Of a stretch of 64,000 bases of DNA, positions 22,075 to 31,459 are shown piece after piece (positions within the stretch are counted from its first letter, which is position 1; each line of letters starts with the position of its first letter). The notes under the pieces are model-generated. The model worked only from the letters and a program-made list of their open reading frames with translations, did no database searches and was not told the DNA's origin. The stretch lies in NCBI RefSeq assembly GCF_045037415.1, contig NZ_CP173438.1. One strand, written 5' to 3'. This DNA is from Escherichia coli (GTDB taxonomy: Bacteria > Pseudomonadota > Gammaproteobacteria > Enterobacterales > Enterobacteriaceae). Both the position numbers and the translations under genes were made by a program.

Positions 22075-25000
22075 ACACCATGAGACAGGGGACCGGAACG
22101 CTTTCGCCCGGCGTATGCTCAGTCAGTAAACGCAGCAGATGCGCGATGTTGTCGAGCCACGTTTCTGCCGCTTGCAGCGTCAGGTTTTGCGACACCATAC
22201 CGGCCGTTTTAGCGAGGCTGATAAAGTCGGCAAGCTGGCTGTCGGGCGTCTGCTGGTCGAAATGTTCGGGCAGTGCCAGAGGCGTTTGTCCTTCGGCTAA
22301 CAGGCGCAGCAGGGCCGCCCGGTTTTCGCAACAGAAATCCTGTCGGCACACGGGATCGATTAACACCATCCGAACCTGCTCGCCTTTGGCGTACAGGCGT
22401 TGTGCGGCGCCCGCCGCAAGAAACGCGCCATACGACCAACCCGCCAGCACATAAGGGCCGTGAGGCTGCTGACGACGGATGCACCCGACATACTCATCGA
22501 TCATCTGGTCGAGCGTGGCAAAGCGCTGCGGCGATTTTGCTTGCAGGCCGAAAACGCGCCTGTTCAACGCGCTAGCGAGCGGCAGCCAGGCGCTGATATC
22601 GCCGTCTGAAGCGTGGAAGACAAACAGGGTTTCCTCACCGTCGCCCTGGCAAAGGGGTATCGGGTTGTCCTCTCCTGACGTAGCCGCCTGTAGATGGGCG
22701 CAGAAGTCGCTCAGCGTCGAATGGCTGAACAGATCCTGAAGGTTAGCCCTGGCAATCCCTCTCCGGTTTAGCTGCGCGACCATCCTTGTCGCCATCAGGC
22801 TGTCGCCGCCCAGTTCGAAAAAGTCGTGATGCCTTGCCACGGGGCGAGACAGCAGCGATTGCCAGAGTTCAGCCACCTGTTTTTCCAGTGCCGGATTCCC
22901 CCCGGCAACTGGCGTGGGTTTGGCTGGCTCAGTCGGCGCATCAGACGGGGCATGCAGCGGCGTAAATAACGCTTCTCTTTGCCGGATCTGTAAAATGGGC
23001 AGACCGGTGCCAAAGCGCTGCTGTAAATAGCGGCTCACGGCTTTTTTATCCGGGCGATTTACGCCAGGCGAACGCGCTACCAGCAGATGCTGGCGCAGCG
23101 GCGACGATTCCTGCGCGGGCCACGCCAGCTCGTTTGCAAACCCGGCCTGAACGAGAACCTCCTGCCATGCGGAGCGGGTGAGCATCGGTTTCTCATCACG
23201 GCGGCGGAAATCGCGGTATCCGCTTAATCCCTCAATAAAGCCCACGCTCGCCAGCTGGAATACGCTGTTTCGCTCCGTCGCTTCAACGATCAGCAAACGT
23301 CCGCCGGCTTTCAGCAACAGTTTTAATCTGCGCAACGTCTGGACGACATGGCTGGCGTCGTGGAGCACATTGACGGCAACGATCAGGTCGTAACCCGCCT
23401 CCGGGTGGGCGGTGAAATCCAGCGGCTGGTTGATGTCGAACAAGGCATAAGACACCTGCGATTCATCATGGAAACGGGCTCTGGCGTCATTGAGGAACTG
23501 CGCGGAGACGTCCGTGAAGTGGTACGACTGCCGCGTGTTCCGCGTGGCCTTCAGCACCGGCGCGGTAGTGGCTGCGGTTCCGGCGCCAACCTCCAGAATC
23601 CGTTCTGCGCTGCACAAGGCGGCAATCTGCGCGGTATAGCGATTCAGACAGGCGCTGGCGGGGTTGTCGCGATACAGCGCGTCGGTAACGCGATGCTGCT
23701 CGTTGAACAGCAATTCCAGCGGAGAACACTGCCCGGAGAAGAGGGCGTCGTGCCGGGCGATGCAGGTTTCCAGATACTGCGCCAGCGCCTGGCTCCATTG
23801 GCTTTGCGGGCACGCTTCCTGAGGCTCAGGAATCTCGCTGAGCGGAATGCGGCAGCGCCAGCTTTCACCTTCGCGGATTAACCACTCTCTTTCCGTCAGA
23901 CACTGTAGCCACTGGCGCAGCAGACGCTGGTGAGACGCTTGCGCGGACAGCGCCTGTACTACTGCGCTAAAGCGATGGGCGATCTCCGGCGTGGTAAACA
24001 GGCCGTGACGATTTAGCGTAGCCGCGATCCCCTGTAGCGCACGCGCCTCCAGCCAGCGCCAGGTCGCCTCCAGCTCATCAAGCTGCGCCTGCTCAGGCAA
24101 CGGCAGCGCCAGTTGGGTAAGTTCGTGCTCATCAGGCATCGCCGCTGATGGCGAAGGATCGTCGGCCATCACGATATCCAGCGTCAACGCGCCCTGTTCG
24201 GTTATTTCCGCTCTGGCCTGCCGGATGCCGGGGTATTCGAGCGTCGCCTGCTCAATATCCCGCAGGTCGTAGTCCGCCTGCGCGTTCAGCGGCCAGCGTC
24301 GGCGGGGAATGTGCCTGGCGATGCCGCTGGCGAGAGTCTTCAGGCTTTCAGGGGCGGCGATGACGGCTTGCAGGATGGCGCAATAGTCATTAAACATCGC
24401 CTCGGCAGCGCCGGGTTCCAGCACGTTGTCCATGCAGTACCAGCTAAACATCAACTCGCCGTCGCTCTCCATGACCTGATGATCCAGCCAGACCTGCGGC
24501 GTTTGCGTGAATACATAGCAGGGTTCGCCGAACAGATGGCTCATCGCCTGATCGATAGTCATGCCTTCCAGCGTCATCCCCAGCATACTGGTAAACACTA
24601 CCGGCATCAGCGGTTGACGTTGTGATCCGCGCAGGCGGCCCAGCTCACGGATCACCTCAACACCGTTCATTTCACTGTGCGCCATGTTTTGCCAGAGGCG
24701 CTGTTGGGTCTGTTGCATCTGCTCTTGCAACGTCACCGGCGCTGAGAAGTTAAAATCAACCAGCGTGACGGAGGTAAAATCACCAATCAACTGGTTGATT
24801 TGCGGATGGATCGGCTGGCGATTGAAGAACGTCAGGTTCAGCGTAAATGTTGTGGTACGGCTCCAGCGCTCAAGGGTGGCGGCAAACAGCGTGAGCAGCG
24901 CGGCAGACGGTGTGACGCCTTGCTGCTGCCAGCGCTGTTTCACGGCCTGCCATTCTGTCTTGCCGATCGTCGATTTGAAGGTGGTGAAGTGTGGCGTTTC

Positions 25001-28000
25001 CGGGGGCGTCTCAACCACCGGCAGCTCTGGCGCTAAGGGCAGTTGCGGCAGTTTTTCCTGCCAGTAATCCCAGGCATCGTGCCATGCCGATGTCTGTCGG
25101 CGCGCCTGTTCAGCCATCACATAATCACGGAAGGTAATAGCGAGCGGCGCCAGCGTTTCACCGCGCCAGACCTGCGCCAGGTCGTCCATCATGACTTTAA
25201 AACTCTGCACATCAAACTGCAAAAGGTCGAGGTTCATATGCAGACGGTAATGGCAATCGTCGATTTCGCTGACCACCAGCTCAAAAAGAGGCCACTGGTC
25301 GGCAGGCAAAACGCGATAGCTCAGTTCATGCCGCCGTTTTTCCAGTGCGATGCGCTGTTCTTCCGGGGAAAGCGCGCGCAGATCGTCACGCGGGATGTGA
25401 TACTCCGGCGTTGTCGCCAGGATTCGCTGCTGCCCGTCGGCATCAACCACCATACGCAACATATCGTGGCGTGCGATGAGCTGGTTCCATGCTTTCTCCA
25501 GTATGGCGAGATCGAACTCATCGTGGCGTTTATCCCACTCAAACAGGACGTGACAGGCGACGCCGCCATAGCCAATGAGGTGGGTTCGCCCCAGCCAGTA
25601 GGCGTGCTGAATGGGCGTCAAAGGGAAGGGCGCATAACGCTCGTCGGCGTCGTGCCGCAATACTTCCGGCTGCGAAGCGGCAGGCGTCGCCTCTGGCTTA
25701 GAACAGATAAGCTGCGTGAGTCCATGAGGAGACAGATCCTGCCACGCCCGTTCCGCATTGATGCGTACACCCAGGTAGTGCTGAATATCGCTACTGAGTT
25801 CAAGGAAGAGCAGCGAGTCCATGCCGAGTTGCAACAGATCCTGGTTTGGATGCAGTGACGCCGGATCGCTCAGCCTTAGCTGAACCGCAATCCGCTTTTT
25901 CAGCCATGCCATCACCGCTGTTTCATCGCTCAGGCTGCCGTTAAAGGCGTTGTCATCAGCAGGAGGAATGACCGGCGTTGCGGCTTTTTCTGTGGCGCTG
26001 ATGTTAAACAGAGCCTGTTGTAACGGGGGCATTTTGTCGGTAAAAACGCGCATCGCCAGTCGCCACGGGGCGCCGCGCATCACCGCCTGTTCCAGGTGCC
26101 AGCAGCCTTCGGCATCGCTTAACGCGCCCATACCTCGGCTGGCGAGCGTCGCCAGCATTTCCGGCGTGGCCGCCCGACCGCTTTCTCCCCATGCGCCCCA
26201 GGCGACAGAGAGCGTTTTCGGCGCATCAAGGGTGGAAAACTGCTGGGCCAGCCCGTCCAGGTAGCCGCAGGCCAGCGCATGGGCGCTCTGACCCGGCGCG
26301 CCGAGGGTGGCGGCAGCGGAAGAGTAGAGAATAAGATAGCGTCCGTCGTGGTTGCGCAGGGTTTGCAACAGTTGGCTTGCCGCCTGCGCTTTTACCGCGA
26401 AAACGGCAGCCAGCTGGTGGTCATCAAGCTCCTGCAAGGGCGCGTCAGCCAATACGCCAGCGGCATGAATCGCTCCGGCAATGCCGCCGTTGGCCGCCAG
26501 ATCGTCAAGAACCGTGGCCAGTTGCCCGGCATCGCCCACATCACAACGGCAGACGCGCGTCTGCCCGCCCTCCACGTCGCGTAGCCATGACTCATCCACG
26601 CGCGGTGCCAGCAGGGCGATGCGTCGCGCCCCTTTTTCTCTGAGCCAGTTCACGGCAAGGCGGCCTAATCCGCCAAACGCTCCGGTCACCAGATGCCAGC
26701 GGCTATCGCCGGTAAACACGTTTGCCGGTAATTCAGCGGCGCATCCCGTATTGGGCGTCAGTGAAGGGAGCCAAAGGGTGTCACCCCGTGCGGCGAGCCA
26801 GCGCTGTGATAGTGAGACTGCGCTCAACCCTTGATGCAGCGTTTCCCACGGGGTGTTTTCGGCGAGATCGATGGCGGCAAGCAACCGTTCCGGCTGTTCG
26901 TTGGCCGCGACGCGAAGCAAGGCCCATAGCGCGTGATGGGATGCAGAGAGTGCTTCATTTTCCTCGACTCGCCACGCGCGGCGAGTAACCACAATCAATC
27001 CGGCTGCGCTGGCGGTGAGCGCTGCTATCACTTTCTCCGCTAAGGCCAGCGTATCCTCGCTCTCCTCAACAATCATCAGTCGTGAAGAGGCGTGCGGATC
27101 GTGAATGATGCCGTATTGCGCCAGCTCGTCGCTGCGCGCAAGCGTACCGGCGCTGAAGCTAAAGGTAAGCGGATGGTCAATGCTGGCGACGTTGAGGGGC
27201 GTCCAGCGCCATTGATAATGCGTTTGCGGCGCAGGAAGAGGCGCGGCGGGCGATAGCGGCAGCCACTCGCCAGCAGGATGACGGGCTTCAACGCGCATCT
27301 GACCGCGGGAAAAGGCTTCGTTTTGCCAGCTTAAGCGAACCTTCCCCAGCCACTCCGGGGCGGCGACGGGGGGCGGTTCCACAGGCAGAGCGTCGCCATG
27401 ACGCTGTGAAAGCAGACGCCATGCCTCCTGCCAGCGGGCGTTAAACCGTTCGGGCTGACCTGCGCAATCAGACCAGTCGGCGAGATAATCACCGTTATCC
27501 GTCAGCGCCTGCCCCAACACGGGTTCTGATGGCGCGGTGAATGTTACGGCGCTAACCGCCTGACCGGGCAGCGTGGCGAGAATGATATGTTCGCTCATCC
27601 CGGCGGTCGGGCTGCCATCCTGCGGTAGCCACGCCACTTTGCTGAATCCGGCGTGGCGGCACTGTTGTTGCCACTGAGCGGTGGTGAGGAATAACTCACC
27701 TTCGCGGGCGTCGAGATCCTGTAGCGGAAGAACCAGCGGGCCGAAAACGAAGTCAAACAGACGCATTGGCTGGGTGATTTCGCGCATCAGCAGGCGCCCG
27801 CCCGGCTTGAGCAGGGGGCGCAGATTATCGAGCGTGCGGCCAATATGGCGGGTGGCGTGAATCACGTTCGCTGCCACGATAAGATCGTAAGACTGTGCCT
27901 GGAAACCCTGAGACTGCGCCTCTTTTTCGAGATCCAGCTCGCTATACTTCACAAAATCATAGTCGGCGAATTTCTGCTGGGCGCGACGGGTGAACAGCGC

Positions 28001-31000
28001 CGAGATATCGGTGAAATGGTACTCCAGTGCCGGAACGCCGTTGAGTTCCGGCAGCAGCCACGCGGTGGTGCCGCCGGTTCCGCCGCCAACTTCAAGAATA
28101 CGCAACGGCTGGCGGGGCTGACGCGTCTGGACAATGCCGCGTAATACCCCGGCGGCGATTTGGTTGAAATAGCGGCCAAAGCTGAATTCCTGATACAGCA
28201 CTTCCACGCCGTCGGAGGCGCTTTGCGGGAAGATAATCGCCACCGGTTCTTCCGCGCCGCTCATCATTTCATATAACCGATCGCCGGCACGGGCGATGGT
28301 GTCGGGAATAGCCTGAAAACCTTCACAATAACCGGCAAGTTCCGTCAGCAGTGATTCCCGCTGTTGATGTTCAATGGGGCGGGCGCGGACGTATCGCCCG
28401 TCGGTGCAGCGGTAATCGCCGTCGACCACGCAGTTATTCAGCAGGCGCTGGAGTAGCTGCTGGTAGCGGGGCAGCAGACGTCCACGGCGCATGATGGTCA
28501 TGGCGTCCACGCCGTTCTCAATGGCATCGCCGGTACAGCGTTGTACCAGTTGATCGACGTAGATGGCGTGCAGTCGCGTGGCGCACTGTTTAAGCGCATC
28601 CAGGCGAGGGAGATCGAGCGCTGTCGCGGCGCGACTCGCCACCTCCAGCCCGGCAGACAGCGCTGCGTCGGCAGGCTCGCAGGCCGGGGAGACGCGCTCT
28701 TTCCAGTAACGTTCAGTATCAAACGGATAACATGGCGCAGCGATACGTTGTCCATCGCCCGCCAGCAGGTCGGCCCACGGTAGGGCGACGCCGGCAGCGT
28801 AAAGCTGGAGCAGGGCCTGATTGAGGACATCGCTCGCCTCTTTGTTACGCCGGGCGCTGGCTATCCAGTATGCGTTATCGCGGTATTCGCGCTGCCCGCA
28901 AGCAACCAACTGGGCATCGGGCCCCATCTCCAGAAAAACGCGGGCGCCGAGCTGATGCGCCACCTGAATACTCTGGATAAAACGCACCGGCTGGCGCATG
29001 TGTCGGCGCCAGTAATCCGCCTGGTTGAGCGTTGACTCATCAATGACGTCGGCGGTGAGCGTGGAAATAATCGGTATTTGCCCCGGCTCCGCGTGCAGTC
29101 CCGCGCAGGCGTCCTGGAACCGATCGAGTATCGGCTCCAGTAAAGCGGAGTGCGCCGCACCGGTTACGCTCAGGCGACGATAGTTAATGTCATGCTGCGA
29201 GAGCGTGGCGCAAAATACCGCGAGACGGGCTTCCGGCCCGGAAAATACCGTATGTTGCGTACCGTTGTTGGCGGCGAGATCCAGCTCAAACTGGCGAGCC
29301 AGCGGCATCAGCGTGTCTTCGTCTGCAAATACCGCCACCATCGCGCCGCTTGCGCACTGCTGCATTAGCGCGCCGCGCCGACAAACCAGTGGCATGACCT
29401 GTTCAATCGTATAGTGTCCGCAGACAACGGCAGCGGCAAATTCACCGACGGAATGCCCAATGGCGAAGTCTGGCTTCAGTCCTTCAGCACGCCAGTGCGC
29501 CGCCATCGCGATTTCAAACGCGACAATCGCCGGCTGCGCCCAGGCCATATTGTCCAGCTGCGCCGAATCGGGGTTAAACATCGCTTCGCGCAGTGACGGC
29601 GTGAGCATTTCGCTACAGGCGGAAAAACAGCGATCCAGCGTGTCGGCAAACGCCGTTGAGTGCTGGTACATCGTTTGACCCATAGTGCGCCAGTGCGAGC
29701 CCTGGCCGGTAAACAGCCACACCTGCTTGCCGCTGGCGCCGTGGCCGCTGTAAACCAGCGCCCCCGATTTCTCACCGGCCCAGGCGCTGAGCGCCTCGGC
29801 GGTTTCACGGTTTAATGGCGCCGCCAGGCGGAAGGGGAGATCGAGACGGCGCGCGTGCAGGGCTGTGAAGGCCAGAGAGCTGGCATCCGCATTCTCTCTC
29901 AGCGCCCCGGCATAATCCGTCGCCAGCCGCCGCAACGCGCTGTCGCTGGCGGCGCTGAGCAGCAGCGCGGTACTTTTTCTGCCGCTATCCGTATTGGGGA
30001 GGCGCGCGTTGAGCGCGTCGGGCAGCGAGGCGACGATCATATGGCAGTTGGTGCCGCCAATACCAAAGGAGGAGACGCCCGCATAGCGCATTTCGTCCTG
30101 CCATGCCTGTGCCGACACCGGTATGGTAAAGGGGCTCTCTTCAAGTTTCAGCGCCGGGTTGGGGGTGTGAAAATTCAGTAAGGGAGGAATTTGCCCGCGA
30201 CTGACTGCCAGAACGGTTTTCAGCAGTCCGGCAATGCCCGCCGCGGTATCCAGATGGCCCATGTTACTTTTCACGGAACCGAGCGCACAGCGCTGATCCT
30301 GCGGGCGAGGCGCATAGACGTTGCGTAACGCTTCAATTTCAATCGCGTCGCCCAGCGGTGTGCCGGTGCCGTGGGTTTCAATGTAACCTACCTGCCTGTC
30401 GTCGATGGCCGCCAGCATTAACGCCTCTTCGATGACTGCTTGTTGCCCTGCGACGGAAGGGGCGGTATAGCCGACCTTTCTGTTGCCGTCGTTGTTGACC
30501 GCGCTGGAGAGGATCACCGAGATAATCGGATCGCCTGACAGCAGCGCGTCTCTCAGGCGACGCAGCACCACGCAGCCGAGACCGTTACCGGCCCAGGTGC
30601 CCTCAGCCGAGGCGTCAAAGGGACGACAGTGACCATCAGGAGAGAAAATCATTCCGGGCTGGTAGCGGTAGCCTGCCTGCTGGGGGAAAGAGAGCGCCAC
30701 GCCGCCGGCAACCGCCATATCGGATTCGCCTGCGCGCAGGCTTTCACAGGCCAGATGCACGGCAACCAGCGAGCTGGAGCAGGCGGTCTGTACCGATAAC
30801 GCCGGGCCGTGCAGGTTGAGTTTGTACGCGGCGCGGGTGGCAATATAGTCTTTATCATTGCCCATCAGAGATTGCAGACCTTTTACCTGCGCGACTTCTG
30901 TCACGTTCAATGCTTCGCGACCGGGGTAGGTACTCATCCGGGAAGAGGCGAAAACGCCGGTCTTATGGGGGACGGCGCCGGGGGCATAACCGGCATGTTC

Positions 31001-31372
31001 CAGCGCATGCCAGACCGCCTGCAAAAACAGGCGCTGCTGCGGGTCCATCGACTCCGCTTCCTGTCGCGAATAGCCAAACAGGGTGGCGTCGAAGCAGTCG
31101 GCGTTGTCTAACACCGTACCGATATTGACATAATGAGGATCGTCAATGATGGCGGCATCCAGACCGACGGCCAGAAGCTCTTCGCGCGTAAAGCGTCGGC
31201 TGCATTCACGACCTTCCAGCAGATTTTGCCAGAACGTTTCGCCATCCGGCGATTCAGGAAAATGGCAGGCGTAGCCGATAACCGCGACAGGTTCGCAGTC
31301 CGGGTAGTGTTGAGCGATCGATGCATCAATGGAATCTGCTGTCGGCGCAGAAGAGAAGCGCAAGTTATCCAT
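21989..31372 (-). CDS. irp1: HMWP1 polyketide synthase/NRPS of yersiniabactin synthesis; main frame ends early with about 23 aberrant residues
   Basis: 3127-aa ORF with KS (DTACSSS), AT (GHSVGE), methyltransferase, KR, carrier-protein, condensation/cyclization and thioesterase (GWSYG) motifs; see the 21880-22074 feature for the displaced C-terminal codons. Confidence 0.9.
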   Translation of the reverse strand: MDNLRFSSAPTADSIDASIAQHYPDCEPVAVIGYACHFPESPDGETFWQNLLEGRECSRRFTREELLAVGLDAAIIDDPHYVNIGTVLDNADCFDATLFGYSRQEAESMDPQQRLFLQAVWHALEHAGYAPGAVPHKTGVFASSRMSTYPGREALNVTEVAQVKGLQSLMGNDKDYIATRAAYKLNLHGPALSVQTACSSSLVAVHLACESLRAGESDMAVAGGVALSFPQQAGYRYQPGMIFSPDGHCRPFDASAEGTWAGNGLGCVVLRRLRDALLSGDPIISVILSSAVNNDGNRKVGYTAPSVAGQQAVIEEALMLAAIDDRQVGYIETHGTGTPLGDAIEIEALRNVYAPRPQDQRCALGSVKSNMGHLDTAAGIAGLLKTVLAVSRGQIPPLLNFHTPNPALKLEESPFTIPVSAQAWQDEMRYAGVSSFGIGGTNCHMIVASLPDALNARLPNTDSGRKSTALLLSAASDSALRRLATDYAGALRENADASSLAFTALHARRLDLPFRLAAPLNRETAEALSAWAGEKSGALVYSGHGASGKQVWLFTGQGSHWRTMGQTMYQHSTAFADTLDRCFSACSEMLTPSLREAMFNPDSAQLDNMAWAQPAIVAFEIAMAAHWRAEGLKPDFAIGHSVGEFAAAVVCGHYTIEQVMPLVCRRGALMQQCASGAMVAVFADEDTLMPLARQFELDLAANNGTQHTVFSGPEARLAVFCATLSQHDINYRRLSVTGAAHSALLEPILDRFQDACAGLHAEPGQIPIISTLTADVIDESTLNQADYWRRHMRQPVRFIQSIQVAHQLGARVFLEMGPDAQLVACGQREYRDNAYWIASARRNKEASDVLNQALLQLYAAGVALPWADLLAGDGQRIAAPCYPFDTERYWKERVSPACEPADAALSAGLEVASRAATALDLPRLDALKQCATRLHAIYVDQLVQRCTGDAIENGVDAMTIMRRGRLLPRYQQLLQRLLNNCVVDGDYRCTDGRYVRARPIEHQQRESLLTELAGYCEGFQAIPDTIARAGDRLYEMMSGAEEPVAIIFPQSASDGVEVLYQEFSFGRYFNQIAAGVLRGIVQTRQPRQPLRILEVGGGTGGTTAWLLPELNGVPALEYHFTDISALFTRRAQQKFADYDFVKYSELDLEKEAQSQGFQAQSYDLIVAANVIHATRHIGRTLDNLRPLLKPGGRLLMREITQPMRLFDFVFGPLVLPLQDLDAREGELFLTTAQWQQQCRHAGFSKVAWLPQDGSPTAGMSEHIILATLPGQAVSAVTFTAPSEPVLGQALTDNGDYLADWSDCAGQPERFNARWQEAWRLLSQRHGDALPVEPPPVAAPEWLGKVRLSWQNEAFSRGQMRVEARHPAGEWLPLSPAAPLPAPQTHYQWRWTPLNVASIDHPLTFSFSAGTLARSDELAQYGIIHDPHASSRLMIVEESEDTLALAEKVIAALTASAAGLIVVTRRAWRVEENEALSASHHALWALLRVAANEQPERLLAAIDLAENTPWETLHQGLSAVSLSQRWLAARGDTLWLPSLTPNTGCAAELPANVFTGDSRWHLVTGAFGGLGRLAVNWLREKGARRIALLAPRVDESWLRDVEGGQTRVCRCDVGDAGQLATVLDDLAANGGIAGAIHAAGVLADAPLQELDDHQLAAVFAVKAQAASQLLQTLRNHDGRYLILYSSAAATLGAPGQSAHALACGYLDGLAQQFSTLDAPKTLSVAWGAWGESGRAATPEMLATLASRGMGALSDAEGCWHLEQAVMRGAPWRLAMRVFTDKMPPLQQALFNISATEKAATPVIPPADDNAFNGSLSDETAVMAWLKKRIAVQLRLSDPASLHPNQDLLQLGMDSLLFLELSSDIQHYLGVRINAERAWQDLSPHGLTQLICSKPEATPAASQPEVLRHDADERYAPFPLTPIQHAYWLGRTHLIGYGGVACHVLFEWDKRHDEFDLAILEKAWNQLIARHDMLRMVVDADGQQRILATTPEYHIPRDDLRALSPEEQRIALEKRRHELSYRVLPADQWPLFELVVSEIDDCHYRLHMNLDLLQFDVQSFKVMMDDLAQVWRGETLAPLAITFRDYVMAEQARRQTSAWHDAWDYWQEKLPQLPLAPELPVVETPPETPHFTTFKSTIGKTEWQAVKQRWQQQGVTPSAALLTLFAATLERWSRTTTFTLNLTFFNRQPIHPQINQLIGDFTSVTLVDFNFSAPVTLQEQMQQTQQRLWQNMAHSEMNGVEVIRELGRLRGSQRQPLMPVVFTSMLGMTLEGMTIDQAMSHLFGEPCYVFTQTPQVWLDHQVMESDGELMFSWYCMDNVLEPGAAEAMFNDYCAILQAVIAAPESLKTLASGIARHIPRRRWPLNAQADYDLRDIEQATLEYPGIRQARAEITEQGALTLDIVMADDPSPSAAMPDEHELTQLALPLPEQAQLDELEATWRWLEARALQGIAATLNRHGLFTTPEIAHRFSAVVQALSAQASHQRLLRQWLQCLTEREWLIREGESWRCRIPLSEIPEPQEACPQSQWSQALAQYLETCIARHDALFSGQCSPLELLFNEQHRVTDALYRDNPASACLNRYTAQIAALCSAERILEVGAGTAATTAPVLKATRNTRQSYHFTDVSAQFLNDARARFHDESQVSYALFDINQPLDFTAHPEAGYDLIVAVNVLHDASHVVQTLRRLKLLLKAGGRLLIVEATERNSVFQLASVGFIEGLSGYRDFRRRDEKPMLTRSAWQEVLVQAGFANELAWPAQESSPLRQHLLVARSPGVNRPDKKAVSRYLQQRFGTGLPILQIRQREALFTPLHAPSDAPTEPAKPTPVAGGNPALEKQVAELWQSLLSRPVARHHDFFELGGDSLMATRMVAQLNRRGIARANLQDLFSHSTLSDFCAHLQAATSGEDNPIPLCQGDGEETLFVFHASDGDISAWLPLASALNRRVFGLQAKSPQRFATLDQMIDEYVGCIRRQQPHGPYVLAGWSYGAFLAAGAAQRLYAKGEQVRMVLIDPVCRQDFCCENRAALLRLLAEGQTPLALPEHFDQQTPDSQLADFISLAKTAGMVSQNLTLQAAETWLDNIAHLLRLLTEHTPGESVPVPCLMVYAAGRTRALDASRNRVAGLDKQRRRRCD

Positions 31373-31459
31373 AATCGGTCCCGTTTCCTAAGATTCACAA
31401 AGTCAATGGAACGCCATGCGTTCGCGATGGCGTTCCGGGGAAAATCAGTTTGCTTCGCG

